From: Gallionellaceae bacterium UBA2239
GTDB lineage: Bacteria > Pseudomonadota > Gammaproteobacteria > Burkholderiales > UBA9220
NCBI GenBank assembly: GCA_002347615.1
Contig: DDYH01000022.1
Location: forward strand, 1,578 to 65,577
Direction: 5' to 3'
Length of the DNA: 64,000 bases
Position numbers and translations under genes: made by a program. Under the pieces are notes generated by a model. It was given only the letters and a program-made list of their open reading frames with translations. It searched no databases and was not told the DNA's origin. Shown here in pieces: positions 22,684 to 30,415 of this stretch. Each line of letters begins with the position of its first letter. Positions within the stretch are counted from its first letter, which is position 1.

Positions 22684-24783
22684 ATGATTGCCCATCTCAC
22701 CCCAACCGTGACGGCGGACGATTACGCCGACCTGCCCAACGCCATGCGCAACGCGCGGCGTTGGCTGCTGTGGCGCTCTGAGCCAAAACCAGACCCGACA
22801 AAGAAACCCGCCAAGGTGCCCTATTACGTCGATGGCGTGCGGCGTCATGGCGAATTGGACACGCCAGCCGATCAGGAAAGGCTGGCCACGTTCAACGAGG
22901 CACTGCGCGCGCTGCAAAGCGGCGGCTATACCGGCCTGGGCTTTGCCCTTGGGCCGGATGGCACGGGGCAATACTGGCAAGGCATCGACCTCGATGACGT
23001 GCCGAATCGCCCGGCACTGCAACTGCTTGTCGATGACCTGCCCGGCTATACCGAGACCAGTCCCAGCGGAACAGGCATGCACGCCATCGGCTATGGCAGG
23101 CTGTTCGAGAAACTCATCAGCAACCGTAGCGGCATCGAAGCCTATGCGCACAAGCATTTTTTCACCGTGACAGCGGCTGGATCTGGCCTGCATGATCCCG
23201 TTTGCCTTGCCGACTTCGTTGAGCAGCACCTCAAGCCGCTGCATTCACCCGAACAACCGGCAACCGGAGCAGAGTGCCCCGGTTCGCGGTTGTGTGAGAC
23301 CGTCCCTCCGGAAGTTGTCACCGAGTTGCGCAGCGCGCTGCTTTTCATGCGGGCTGATGATCGAGGACTGTGGGTGCGCATCGGCCATGCCCTGAAAACA
23401 TTGGGCGAAGTCGGACGCGGCCTGTTCCTCGAATGGAGCGCGACCTCGGAAAAGTTCGACCCGGCCAGCGATGCCCGCACATGGGAAAGCTTCAAGCCCA
23501 GCCACACCGGCTATCAGGCTGTGTTCGCCGAGGCCCAGCGGCGAGGCTGGACAAATCCGCTCAGCAACGCGGCACGGGGTGGGCAGAGTGGGCCGCAGCA
23601 GGGCGGGACGCAAGGGCAGTCCGTCGAACTCCTGCGCGCCAGCGACATCATTCCCGAGCCGATTGCCTGGCTCTGGAACGGCTGGCTGGCAGCGGGCAAG
23701 ATGCACATCTTCGGCGGTGCGCCCGGCACCGGCAAGACCACGATAGCCTTGGCGCTGGCGGCAACCCTGAGTAACGGCGGACTTTGGCCTGACGGCAGTC
23801 GCGCGCCCGTCGGCAACGTGGTTATGTGGAGCGGCGAGGATGATCCCACAGATACACTGATTCCCCGGCTGATACTGGCAGGTGCCGACCTGTCCCGCAT
23901 TCACTTTGTGTCCGAAGTTCGCGATGGTGGCGAGCGGCGATCATTCGATCTTGCCCGCGACATGGAACCGCTGCGGCGAAGCCTTGTGGCGATAGGCGAC
24001 GTGCGCCTTCTAATTGTCGATCCCATCGTTTCGGCCATCAGCAGCGACAGCCACAAGAACGCCGAAGTGCGGCGCGGATTGCAACCGTTGGTCGATCTGG
24101 CGGCGACGATGCGCTGTGTGCTGCTGGGCATTACCCACTTTTCCAAGGGAACCGGTGGGCGCGATCCGGTGGAACGTCTGACCGGCAGCCTGGCCTTCGG
24201 CGCGTTGGCGCGTGTGGTGCTGGTGGCAGCCAAGCACCAGACGGAAAGCGAGGACGGGCGCACGGCGCGGCTGTTCATGCGCGCGAAATCCAATATCGGC
24301 CCGGATGCCGGCGGCTACGAATACGACCTGCAACAAACCGAATTACCAAACCACCCCGGTATCCACTCGTCGTCGGTGCTCTGGGGCGAGAAGGTGGCTG
24401 GCACTGCACGGGAGATGCTGGCAATGGCGGATACGCCGAACAACGATGGCGAGAACAGCGCGCTGGCCGAAGCGAAACGCTTTCTCTTCGGACAGTTGGC
24501 GAATGGCCCGGTTCCCAGCAAGACCATCAAGGCCGATGCCGAAGAGGCGGGGCATACGAGAGCGACGATCCGTCGAGCGCAGAAGGCGCTTGGAATCGAG
24601 GCAGTAAAGGGCGGCATGAAAGGCGGATGGCTCTGGCAGATGCCGGGACAGGAAGCGGCACGGGCAATCCTTGAGAGCGCGAAGGCGCTCAAGAATTCCG
24701 AAGATGCCCAACAAAAAGAGGTGAGCACCTTCGCGAAAATTGAGCATCTTCACGAGGAGTCGCAACCGGGAGATGCATCATGA
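22684..24783 (+). CDS. Prim-Pol primase / PriCT-2 / RecA-like (AAA_25-type) helicase-ATPase fusion
   Basis: N-terminal Prim-Pol pattern (RWLLWR..., GIDLDD, SPSGTGMH). A PriCT-like segment (RADDRGLWVRIGHALK). Walker A GGAPGTGKTT with a RepA/DnaB-like core. Confidence 0.8.
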   Translation: MIAHLTPTVTADDYADLPNAMRNARRWLLWRSEPKPDPTKKPAKVPYYVDGVRRHGELDTPADQERLATFNEALRALQSGGYTGLGFALGPDGTGQYWQGIDLDDVPNRPALQLLVDDLPGYTETSPSGTGMHAIGYGRLFEKLISNRSGIEAYAHKHFFTVTAAGSGLHDPVCLADFVEQHLKPLHSPEQPATGAECPGSRLCETVPPEVVTELRSALLFMRADDRGLWVRIGHALKTLGEVGRGLFLEWSATSEKFDPASDARTWESFKPSHTGYQAVFAEAQRRGWTNPLSNAARGGQSGPQQGGTQGQSVELLRASDIIPEPIAWLWNGWLAAGKMHIFGGAPGTGKTTIALALAATLSNGGLWPDGSRAPVGNVVMWSGEDDPTDTLIPRLILAGADLSRIHFVSEVRDGGERRSFDLARDMEPLRRSLVAIGDVRLLIVDPIVSAISSDSHKNAEVRRGLQPLVDLAATMRCVLLGITHFSKGTGGRDPVERLTGSLAFGALARVVLVAAKHQTESEDGRTARLFMRAKSNIGPDAGGYEYDLQQTELPNHPGIHSSSVLWGEKVAGTAREMLAMADTPNNDGENSALAEAKRFLFGQLANGPVPSKTIKADAEEAGHTRATIRRAQKALGIEAVKGGMKGGWLWQMPGQEAARAILESAKALKNSEDAQQKEVSTFAKIEHLHEESQPGDAS

Positions 24784-24807
24784 AAAGTCGGCGCTGGCGA
24801 GACGGCG
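24783..24807 (+). repeat. Dispersed 25-nt island motif, copy 1 (aaaagtcggcgctggcgagacggcg)
   Basis: 24/25 identical to copy 4. Starts at the last base of the primase/helicase stop codon (TGA 24781-24783). Confidence 0.8.
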
Positions 24808-24873
24808 AGCACGGGCAGCGCGACTGCCTACCGGTGAATCGCGCTGATTATTTCGACACAATCGGAGACAGAC

Positions 24874-25322
24874 ATGGGCGGGCGCGGTAGCGGGCGGTTC
24901 GGGCGTCGGGGCGGGCGACCACCCGTGACGCCCTGCGCATCACCATCGGCGGCCTGCTGCATGGCAGGTTGATGCGCAATGTCGGTGTGCTGTTCCTGAC
25001 CGATGAGCGCGTGCGGCTCAATGTCTGGGGCTGCGTGGTCGAGGTCAGTATCACGACTACCCCGCATCACCATGGCGGGGCACGGCGCTGGTTCGCCTGC
25101 CCTGGCTGTGACCATCGTCGAATGGTGCTGTATCTGCACAACGGGAGGCTGGCTTGCCGTCAGTGCCACGGGCTGATCTACGCCAGCCAGCTTGAAAGCC
25201 ACGGCAGCCGCAAACTGCGCAAGGGTTTGCACCTCGAATGGCGGCTTGCTCAGTTTTCGGAAATCGTCTCGGGTGCCCAGAGTGGTGCCGTTTCCGGCAA
25301 AGTCATCTCGGCGAAGAAGTGA
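24874..25322 (+). pseudogene. MGGRGSG-family zinc-ribbon protein, apparently frameshifted
   Basis: ATG at 24874 gives MGGRGSGRFGRRGG. The homologous continuation RATTRDALRITIGGLLHGRLMRNVG...RWFACPGCDHRRMVLYL..LACRQCHGLIYASQ is in another frame. The shift lies in the G-run at 24907-24916. Confidence 0.5.
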
Positions 25323-25898
25323 CCGACGGCGCTCGCCGCGCCTTGTGGGTCAGTGCAGGGCAGCGCGTGGACGGCGCGCAACACATTGCGCACCAGTTCG
25401 TCGTGCTGGAGCAGATGCGGCAGCAGCACATGATGGAAATAGCGGCTCCAGCGTTCGTCCTCGTTGCCGCCCGGCGCGGGAAACAGCGCGTCCTGCAGCG
25501 AGAAGAAGGCGGCGACGTAGCGTTCGGCCAGCACCATGAACGGATTGAGTAACGGCCACAGGTCGATGCGTGTGTCTGTGCCCACCGAGCGCAGCCGCTC
25601 GATAGCCGTGCTGCGCAGTTCGAGCAGGTTCGCCGCGTTCAGGAATTTCCGGCGGCAGGCATCGAATAGGCTGGACAGGCAGGGCATCGCGCCGGCGCGC
25701 TGCATTTCCCGGAAGTCATCGACATGCACGGCGTCAGGCGCTGTTGCGGCGCAGCCAGTTGAGGGTAGCCGCATGGATACGCCCGAAGAAACCTTTGCCC
25801 TCGAAGCGGAATTCCTGGCGGTAGTGCTTGTGGCCACAGCCATCGATAACGATGGGGTCGGCGGGCGGTGGGCATGTCGGCTTTTCAGCGACAGTCAT
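25250..25898 (-). pseudogene. Hypothetical protein, probably split by a frameshift near 25740
   Basis: MTVAEKPTCPPPADPIVIDGCGHKHYRQEFRFEGKGFFGRIHAATLNWLRRNSA* (to 25734) is followed in another frame by PDAVHVDDFREMQRAG...HFFAEM... (to 25250). The N-terminal part of the second track ORF is low-complexity. Confidence 0.35.
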
Positions 25899-25924
25899 TG
25901 TCGGTATCTCCGTGGGCGGCTGAG

Positions 25925-26221
25925 TCACTGCCGATTATCCTCCACCACCGATGCAGCCGGTGGATGCTGGCACAAGCCATACACCTGCGCTTTCTCCCAA
26001 CTCGACAGATGATTCAGGCCCGGTTCCAGCTTTACTCGGATTTCCTCGCGTTCCTGCGCCTTGAGCGCATCCAGATATTCGCCGGAGGCGATCAGTTCCT
26101 TGACTGTCTGCGGCCACCCCAGCGCCCAGCGGTTGGCAATCTCGATGGCAGTGTCGGACAGGCTGCTCAGAGCTTGCCGCAGTTCCGGCGGATATTGGCG
26201 GGGCTTATAGAGGGATTGCAT
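25925..26221 (-). CDS. Hypothetical small protein
   Basis: MQSLYKPRQYPPELRQALSSLSDTAIEIANRWALGWPQTVKELIASGEYLDALKAQ... has balanced, protein-like composition and is packed tightly with its neighbours. Confidence 0.5.
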   Translation of the reverse strand: MQSLYKPRQYPPELRQALSSLSDTAIEIANRWALGWPQTVKELIASGEYLDALKAQEREEIRVKLEPGLNHLSSWEKAQVYGLCQHPPAASVVEDNRQ

Positions 26222-26226
26222 GGCCG

Positions 26227-27237
26227 CTACTGCCCGACGATCCGCACCCAAGGAATGCGTCTGCGCAATTCATCGCGCTTTTCGTCTAGCGCCTTCGGAT
26301 CGGCACCGCGCTCTTCCATCTTTTCCAGCGCATCGAAATCCGCGTAGGAAACCGGGGCAGGGGTAAGCCATAGCTTGACCGCGATTGCCAGCGTGGCGGC
26401 TGCGATGATGCCGAGCAACGCTCGCTCAAGGCTGATTGTGGGCAGTTGGATGGTACGCAGCCGTGCGACCACTGGCGGCGTTTGCGCCGATGCCGTGGGC
26501 GTGGTCGGTGTGCTTGCCACGTTTTGGCCTCTCGCTTTCTGTCGCCCGAAATAGACACCGAGGCCAGCCCCCAGCACAGCAGACCAGATAGCTTTTCCCA
26601 TCACGGTGGGGACGATCTGTTTGAAGGTGCCGGGAATCTCAGGCACCAGGGCATCCATACCATAGGCCCAAGCCGCAATCACGAGTGGGCCGCCGATGGC
26701 GACCCCCAGCAGGAAGCCGACGATCTGTCGCCAGAGTTTCAGACACGGCTTGTTGAGGAAGAAGCCGATTGCCCAAGCAATGCCAAATGCAAGCGCCTGT
26801 AGCAAGGTGGCGTAGAACGTCAGGTTTCCCGCCGATGCGGGAGGGACGGCGTTACCTTGCCTATCTACGGCTGGGCTTGGCGGCAATTGGGTTGCTGGTG
26901 CAGCAGGGGTATTGGCAACCAAAGTCAGAAACTCGGCGCGCGCCTGCTCGACATTGATGCCATCCGCTGCGGCATGCGGGGCAATCCAGTAATCGAAATA
27001 AGCTGCCTTAGCCTCGGCCTGTTTCTCGGGAGGCAGTGCCTGAAATTCTGGCCTGGCTGCTATATCGCGCCATTTCGGAGCTTTGCTCAAGTCGGGTAAC
27101 TCGGCTTGGGATGGCCTGTTCATCTCGTGGGCGGCGGGCGCGGGGTCAAAGAATGTGGAAAGGTTTTGGCTTCCCTCGGCGGCAAGTGAAGGCTGCGCCA
27201 GCAGCATGATAATCAGAACAAAAATTCGCATCGTCAC
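26227..27237 (-). CDS. Hypothetical secreted/membrane protein
   Basis: Signal peptide MTMRIFVLIIMLLAQPSLAAEG, several TM segments mid-protein, charged C-terminal tail. The GTG start overlaps the upstream stop. Confidence 0.6.
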   Translation of the reverse strand: MTMRIFVLIIMLLAQPSLAAEGSQNLSTFFDPAPAAHEMNRPSQAELPDLSKAPKWRDIAARPEFQALPPEKQAEAKAAYFDYWIAPHAAADGINVEQARAEFLTLVANTPAAPATQLPPSPAVDRQGNAVPPASAGNLTFYATLLQALAFGIAWAIGFFLNKPCLKLWRQIVGFLLGVAIGGPLVIAAWAYGMDALVPEIPGTFKQIVPTVMGKAIWSAVLGAGLGVYFGRQKARGQNVASTPTTPTASAQTPPVVARLRTIQLPTISLERALLGIIAAATLAIAVKLWLTPAPVSYADFDALEKMEERGADPKALDEKRDELRRRIPWVRIVGQ

Positions 27238-27587
27238 TCCCCCTGATGGCGCAGGTCGCTATCGTTTTCGCAACTGATGGCGGACGTGCGGGTTTCCATG
27301 TCGCGCCACACCATGCAGCGCTTTGTCTCAACCATCGGGAAATCCTCCGGTGCCCATGCTGCGGGCAGCGGCATGTCGATAACCAGAAGCTGCCCCTGTG
27401 GCATCTCGAAAACCCGCGTCTCGGCCTTGCTGGTATTCAGCAGGCGAGTTGCTCGTTCCTTACGGGCCTGCGCCCTGGCAGCGACTTTCTGCTCGTTCTT
27501 CTTCGATGTATTGGCCTACCAGACAAACGCGGTCAGCGCCAGCGTGCCGATGACTGCCCATAGTCCGATTCGCTTGAGGGAGTCCAT
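27234..27587 (-). pseudogene. Small membrane-anchored protein with in-frame TAG at codon 24
   Basis: MDSLKRIGLWAVIGTLALTAFVW-TAG(27518-27516)-ANTSKKNEQKVAARAQARKERATRLLNTSKAETRVFEMPQGQLLVIDMPL...DLRHQGE*. Coding-like composition continues past the stop. Confidence 0.4.
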
Positions 27588-27601
27588 GCGCAATCCGCCA
27601 C

Positions 27602-27886
27602 TCACTCGCAGCGGAACAGGACTTCGCTTTCAGGCCAGCGCCCAAGCGGGCCAGCCGGGATTTCCTTGGTATGCACCACCTTCGCATGCTTGCTGCTGCG
27701 TTGGCAGTGGGCATCTGCCTCCTGTATCGCTGCCGCTTTCAGCGAGTCGGTTGTGACCCAGAATCCACCGCCTTGGTGCGTGACGGTGGCCAGCCTTTCG
27801 CCACGGGGAACGACGCCCGTGGTGGGTGTGGCACAGCCGGCCAACGCCAGTGCCGCACCGAAAAACGCGAATCACCGAAATTGCAT
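27602..27886 (-). pseudogene. Lipoprotein with in-frame TGA at codon 5
   Basis: ATG at 27886 gives MQFR-TGA(27874-27872)-FAFFGAALALAGCATPTTG..., a complete lipobox signal peptide interrupted by a stop. Confidence 0.4.
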
Positions 27887-27917
27887 GGATACCCCTATGT
27901 TATTTGTATGGGTATCC
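27887..27917. promoter_or_regulatory. Candidate operator in the divergent promoter region
   Basis: Perfect 8-bp inverted repeat GGATACCC-N15-GGGTATCC in an AT-rich spacer between the minus-strand cargo operon and the XRE regulator gene. Confidence 0.4.
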
Positions 27918-27959
27918 TATCCCGTGGTGTCATGTCCGGCAAGACTCCAGCATACGGAC

Positions 27960-28205
27960 ATGGCAAGACCATCTCCAATTCATGCTGGCGATCCTGCACT
28001 GATGGGCATCGGGCAGGCGATTCGCGAACTGCGGGCGGAGGCTGGGTTGTCGCAGGAAGCGCTGGCCCATGAAGCCGGAGTGGATCGGAGCTATATGGGT
28101 GGCATCGAGCGCGGCGAGCACAACATGACCATCATCAACCTGCTGCGCATCAGTCGCTGTCTGCGAATCAGCGTCAGCGAGCTTCTGCACCGGGCAGGCG
28201 TATAG
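27960..28205 (+). CDS. XRE family helix-turn-helix transcriptional regulator
   Basis: IGQAIRELRAEAGLSQEALAHEAGVDRSYMGGIERGEHNMTIINLLRISRCLRISVSELL is the canonical Cro/C1 HTH. Confidence 0.8.
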   Translation: MARPSPIHAGDPALMGIGQAIRELRAEAGLSQEALAHEAGVDRSYMGGIERGEHNMTIINLLRISRCLRISVSELLHRAGV

Positions 28206-28229
28206 CCTTCGCTACAGCGGTCTTACTCG

Positions 28230-28254
28230 AAAAGTCGCCGCTGGCAGGACGGCG
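28230..28254 (+). repeat. Dispersed 25-nt island motif, copy 2 (aaaagtcgccgctggcaggacggcg)
   Basis: 23/25 identical to copy 4, same orientation. Confidence 0.75.
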
Positions 28255-28283
28255 CTGATGTGCCGTAAACTCCGCTGAGACAT

Positions 28284-28535
28284 TCAGCGCGAGCGGCTAT
28301 CGAGAATCCAAAGCAGGAGCATGCCGAGCTGTCGGAGAATCACCCGCTCCAGCAGATCATCCAGCCTGCGCCAGATTCTCAACTGCACTCCCTGGCGGAA
28401 ATCGAAGGCATGCCGAGGCAGCGAGCCGTCCACCAGCACCCGGTCGGACTCGGGCCAGTGATGGACAGTGGGAATCTGGTCGCTGATCGCCCAATAGTCC
28501 TTGCCAGAATGCTCGTGGATGGGTGCGTTCGACAT
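28284..28535 (-). CDS. Hypothetical small protein
   Basis: MSNAPIHEHSGKDYWAISDQIPTVHHWPESDRVLVDGSLPRHAFDFRQGVQLRIWRRLDDLLERV... has non-repetitive composition. No recognisable family. Confidence 0.4.
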   Translation of the reverse strand: MSNAPIHEHSGKDYWAISDQIPTVHHWPESDRVLVDGSLPRHAFDFRQGVQLRIWRRLDDLLERVILRQLGMLLLWILDSRSR

Positions 28536-28539
28536 GGTG

Positions 28540-28761
28540 CTACTCCGTCGGGCGGCGAACGCGAATGTGAGAGATGTTGCCCTCGTCGTCAATGAAATGG
28601 CGGCAAATGTTCATGGAGTTATCCGCCGATACGCGGGGAACTTCCTGCCGGCTAGCAGAAGGGGTGGCGCTGCGCAGACCTCTGCCGCGCTTCCGCCACA
28701 CGAACAGCCCGCCCGCGCACAGCGCGGCGACGAGTAGCAAAGCAAGCGTGGTGTCGATCAT
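28540..28761 (-). CDS. Hypothetical small membrane-anchored protein
   Basis: MIDTTLALLLVAALCAGGLFVWRKRGRG... has an N-terminal TM segment. It ends 4 nt before the next ORF. Confidence 0.3.
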   Translation of the reverse strand: MIDTTLALLLVAALCAGGLFVWRKRGRGLRSATPSASRQEVPRVSADNSMNICRHFIDDEGNISHIRVRRPTE

Positions 28762-28919
28762 CGGGCTAAACCCTTCCTGTCATGGCCGCCATCGGGCGGG
28801 AAAGCCCCCGCAGGGCAATCTGGGGAGCAGGCGAGCCTGGCTCGATCCAGCCGTTTACGGGGGCAGTGCCGGGCGAACCCGGCGCGCTGCCAAGTATATG
28901 GACATGGGTAGCGAAAACC

Positions 28920-28943
28920 AAACGTCAGTCGTGGCGGGACGGC
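28920..28943 (+). repeat. Dispersed island motif, copy 3, diverged (aaacgtcagtcgtggcgggacggc)
   Basis: About 20/25 identical to copy 4, same orientation. Confidence 0.55.
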
Positions 28944-29342
28944 ACCCTGCAACTGACTGCCCGGCGCAGCCGGCCAGCGAGCGCGCCGTCAGGCGCGGAA
29001 GCGCGGCCCTACGGTTGAGCGTAGGCCACCCATCGCGCAGCGCTGACTGAAACCCCGCGCAGCGCCGATTGACGCAGTTGGACGGACGGGGGCGCAAGAC
29101 ATAACAGACCATTACCCGAACCCGAAGGGCGCGCCAGCGGCCCAAGCCGGGAGCAGCTTTGCTGCGGGAGGCGCAGTGGCTTTGGGTAATGCGCTGTTAT
29201 GTTCAATCGCTTGCGATTCACCCCCGGCCGGCCTGGGTGCAATCGAGCACAGCGAGCAGGCTGGGTTGAGGTAGCCGACGAAGCCGCGAGCGAAGCTGGC
29301 GGCGCAGACGGCGGGCAGTACGCTCGAACGCCAACCAAGGCC

Positions 29343-29367
29343 AAAAGTCGGCGCTGGCGGGACGGCG
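29343..29367 (+). repeat. Dispersed 25-nt island motif, copy 4 (aaaagtcggcgctggcgggacggcg)
   Basis: Reference copy, located in the gene-poor stretch upstream of hicA. Confidence 0.8.
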
Positions 29368-29705
29368 GTAGCGAGAACGATAGAGCCGTTGCGCGCAGCG
29401 CGACGGCGTGGTGGAGCACCCGACACGGTAGCCGCCTGCAAGCCGCAAGCTGGCGAGCGGTCTTTTGCTGGCCAGCGCAGTGGTGCAGCGGCGGCGGTTC
29501 AGTAGGGAACGGCGGTGGCCGGAGGCACCAAGCCAGGGCGCGGGGTCTTGCGCGCTGGCGGGGTTCAGTCCGTGACACGGTAGCCCGGCAGGCGGCTTGC
29601 GGCGCCCTGATGACCGTTCCCCGCGCCAGGAGCAAGCCGCATGACGGGCGGTCAGGGGGACAATATTGCTTGATTTGTGATACCACTATTTGCTACCATT
29701 CTGGC

Positions 29706-29960
29706 ATGAAGCGAAAGCACCAGCGTACCCTTGAACTGATCTTCACCCGGCCTGTGTCGGCGAATGTTCGCTGGGCTGACATCGAGGCGCTGTTCGTCGA
29801 AATGGGCGGGCAAGTGGCCGAACGGGAAGGTTCGCGCGTGCTGGTGCGCTTGTTTGGCGATAGGCGGGTTTTCCATCGTCCGCATCCCGAGCCGACGACA
29901 GACAAGGGCGCGGTGGAGGCGATCCGCAAGTGGCTGGAAGATCACGGAGTAAAACCATGA
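29706..29960 (+). CDS. hicA: HicA family type II toxin (mRNA interferase)
   Basis: MKRKHQRTLELIFTRPVSANVRWADIEALFVEMGGQVAEREGSRVLV...HRPHP is the HicA pattern. 84 aa. Confidence 0.8.
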   Translation: MKRKHQRTLELIFTRPVSANVRWADIEALFVEMGGQVAEREGSRVLVRLFGDRRVFHRPHPEPTTDKGAVEAIRKWLEDHGVKP

Positions 29961-30292
29961 ATACCATGACGATCAACGGTTATCAGGCAGTCATCTCGTA
30001 TGACCCGGACATCCAGATGTTCCGGGGGGAGTTCGTCGGCTTGAATGGCGGTGCCGACTTCTACGCCAAGGATGTGGATGGCCTGCGCCATGAAGGCGAG
30101 ATTTCGCTGCGCGTGTTCCTCGAAGCCTGCGCCGAGGATGGCGTCGATCCGCGCAAGCACTTTTCCGGCAAGTTCTCCCTGCGCGTCGATCCCGAACTCC
30201 ACGAGGCCGCCGCCATCGCCGCTGCCGCGCATGGACAAAGCCTCAACCAGTGGGCCGCCGAAGCGATCCGGCAGGCGGCACGGGCGGAATGA
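29957..30292 (+). CDS. hicB: HicB family antitoxin
   Basis: ATG overlaps the hicA stop. YQAVISYDPDIQMFRGEFVGLNGGADFYAKDVDGLRHEGEISLRVFLE plus a C-terminal RHH-like SLNQWAAEAIRQAA. Confidence 0.8.
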   Translation: MNTMTINGYQAVISYDPDIQMFRGEFVGLNGGADFYAKDVDGLRHEGEISLRVFLEACAEDGVDPRKHFSGKFSLRVDPELHEAAAIAAAAHGQSLNQWAAEAIRQAARAE

Positions 30293-30415
30293 TGATGGCT
30301 GGCATTGCCAAAACCGGGTATGGAACCGGGTACGAAACGAGCGCCCAGAGCAAGACATCCAGCAGTGGCGCGGCATTCGGGCCGCACTTCGCATTTAACG
30401 TCTGATTTTCTGCAT

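Larger units (their letters stand above)
20728..30410. mobile_element. Integrative element resembling a phage satellite or cryptic island (int-alpA-primase/helicase plus cargo plus hicAB)
   Basis: Tyrosine integrase sits directly after ychF. CCGGGTA-containing repeats occur at both ends (20834-20866 and 30314-30332). A ychF-3'-end-like TTTAACGTCTGA lies at 30394-30405. Several cargo genes are disrupted. Confidence 0.6.

Noticed and set aside
24780-24890. 36-codon ORF (MKSRRWRDGEHGQRDCLPVNRADYFDTIGDRHGRAR) overlapping the primase stop, as the coding explanation for the 25-nt repeated motif.
   Set aside because: Only this copy of the motif has a start codon. The other three copies lack one, and their downstream sequences differ and terminate quickly. 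The motif is therefore treated as a DNA or RNA site.
27516-27874. In-frame TAG and TGA in adjacent genes as programmed recoding (pyrrolysine, selenocysteine or readthrough).
   Set aside because: No SECIS-like hairpin is evident after the TGA. The stops fall inside or right after signal/TM segments. Neighbouring genes carry frameshifts, so ordinary pseudogenisation explains all of it.
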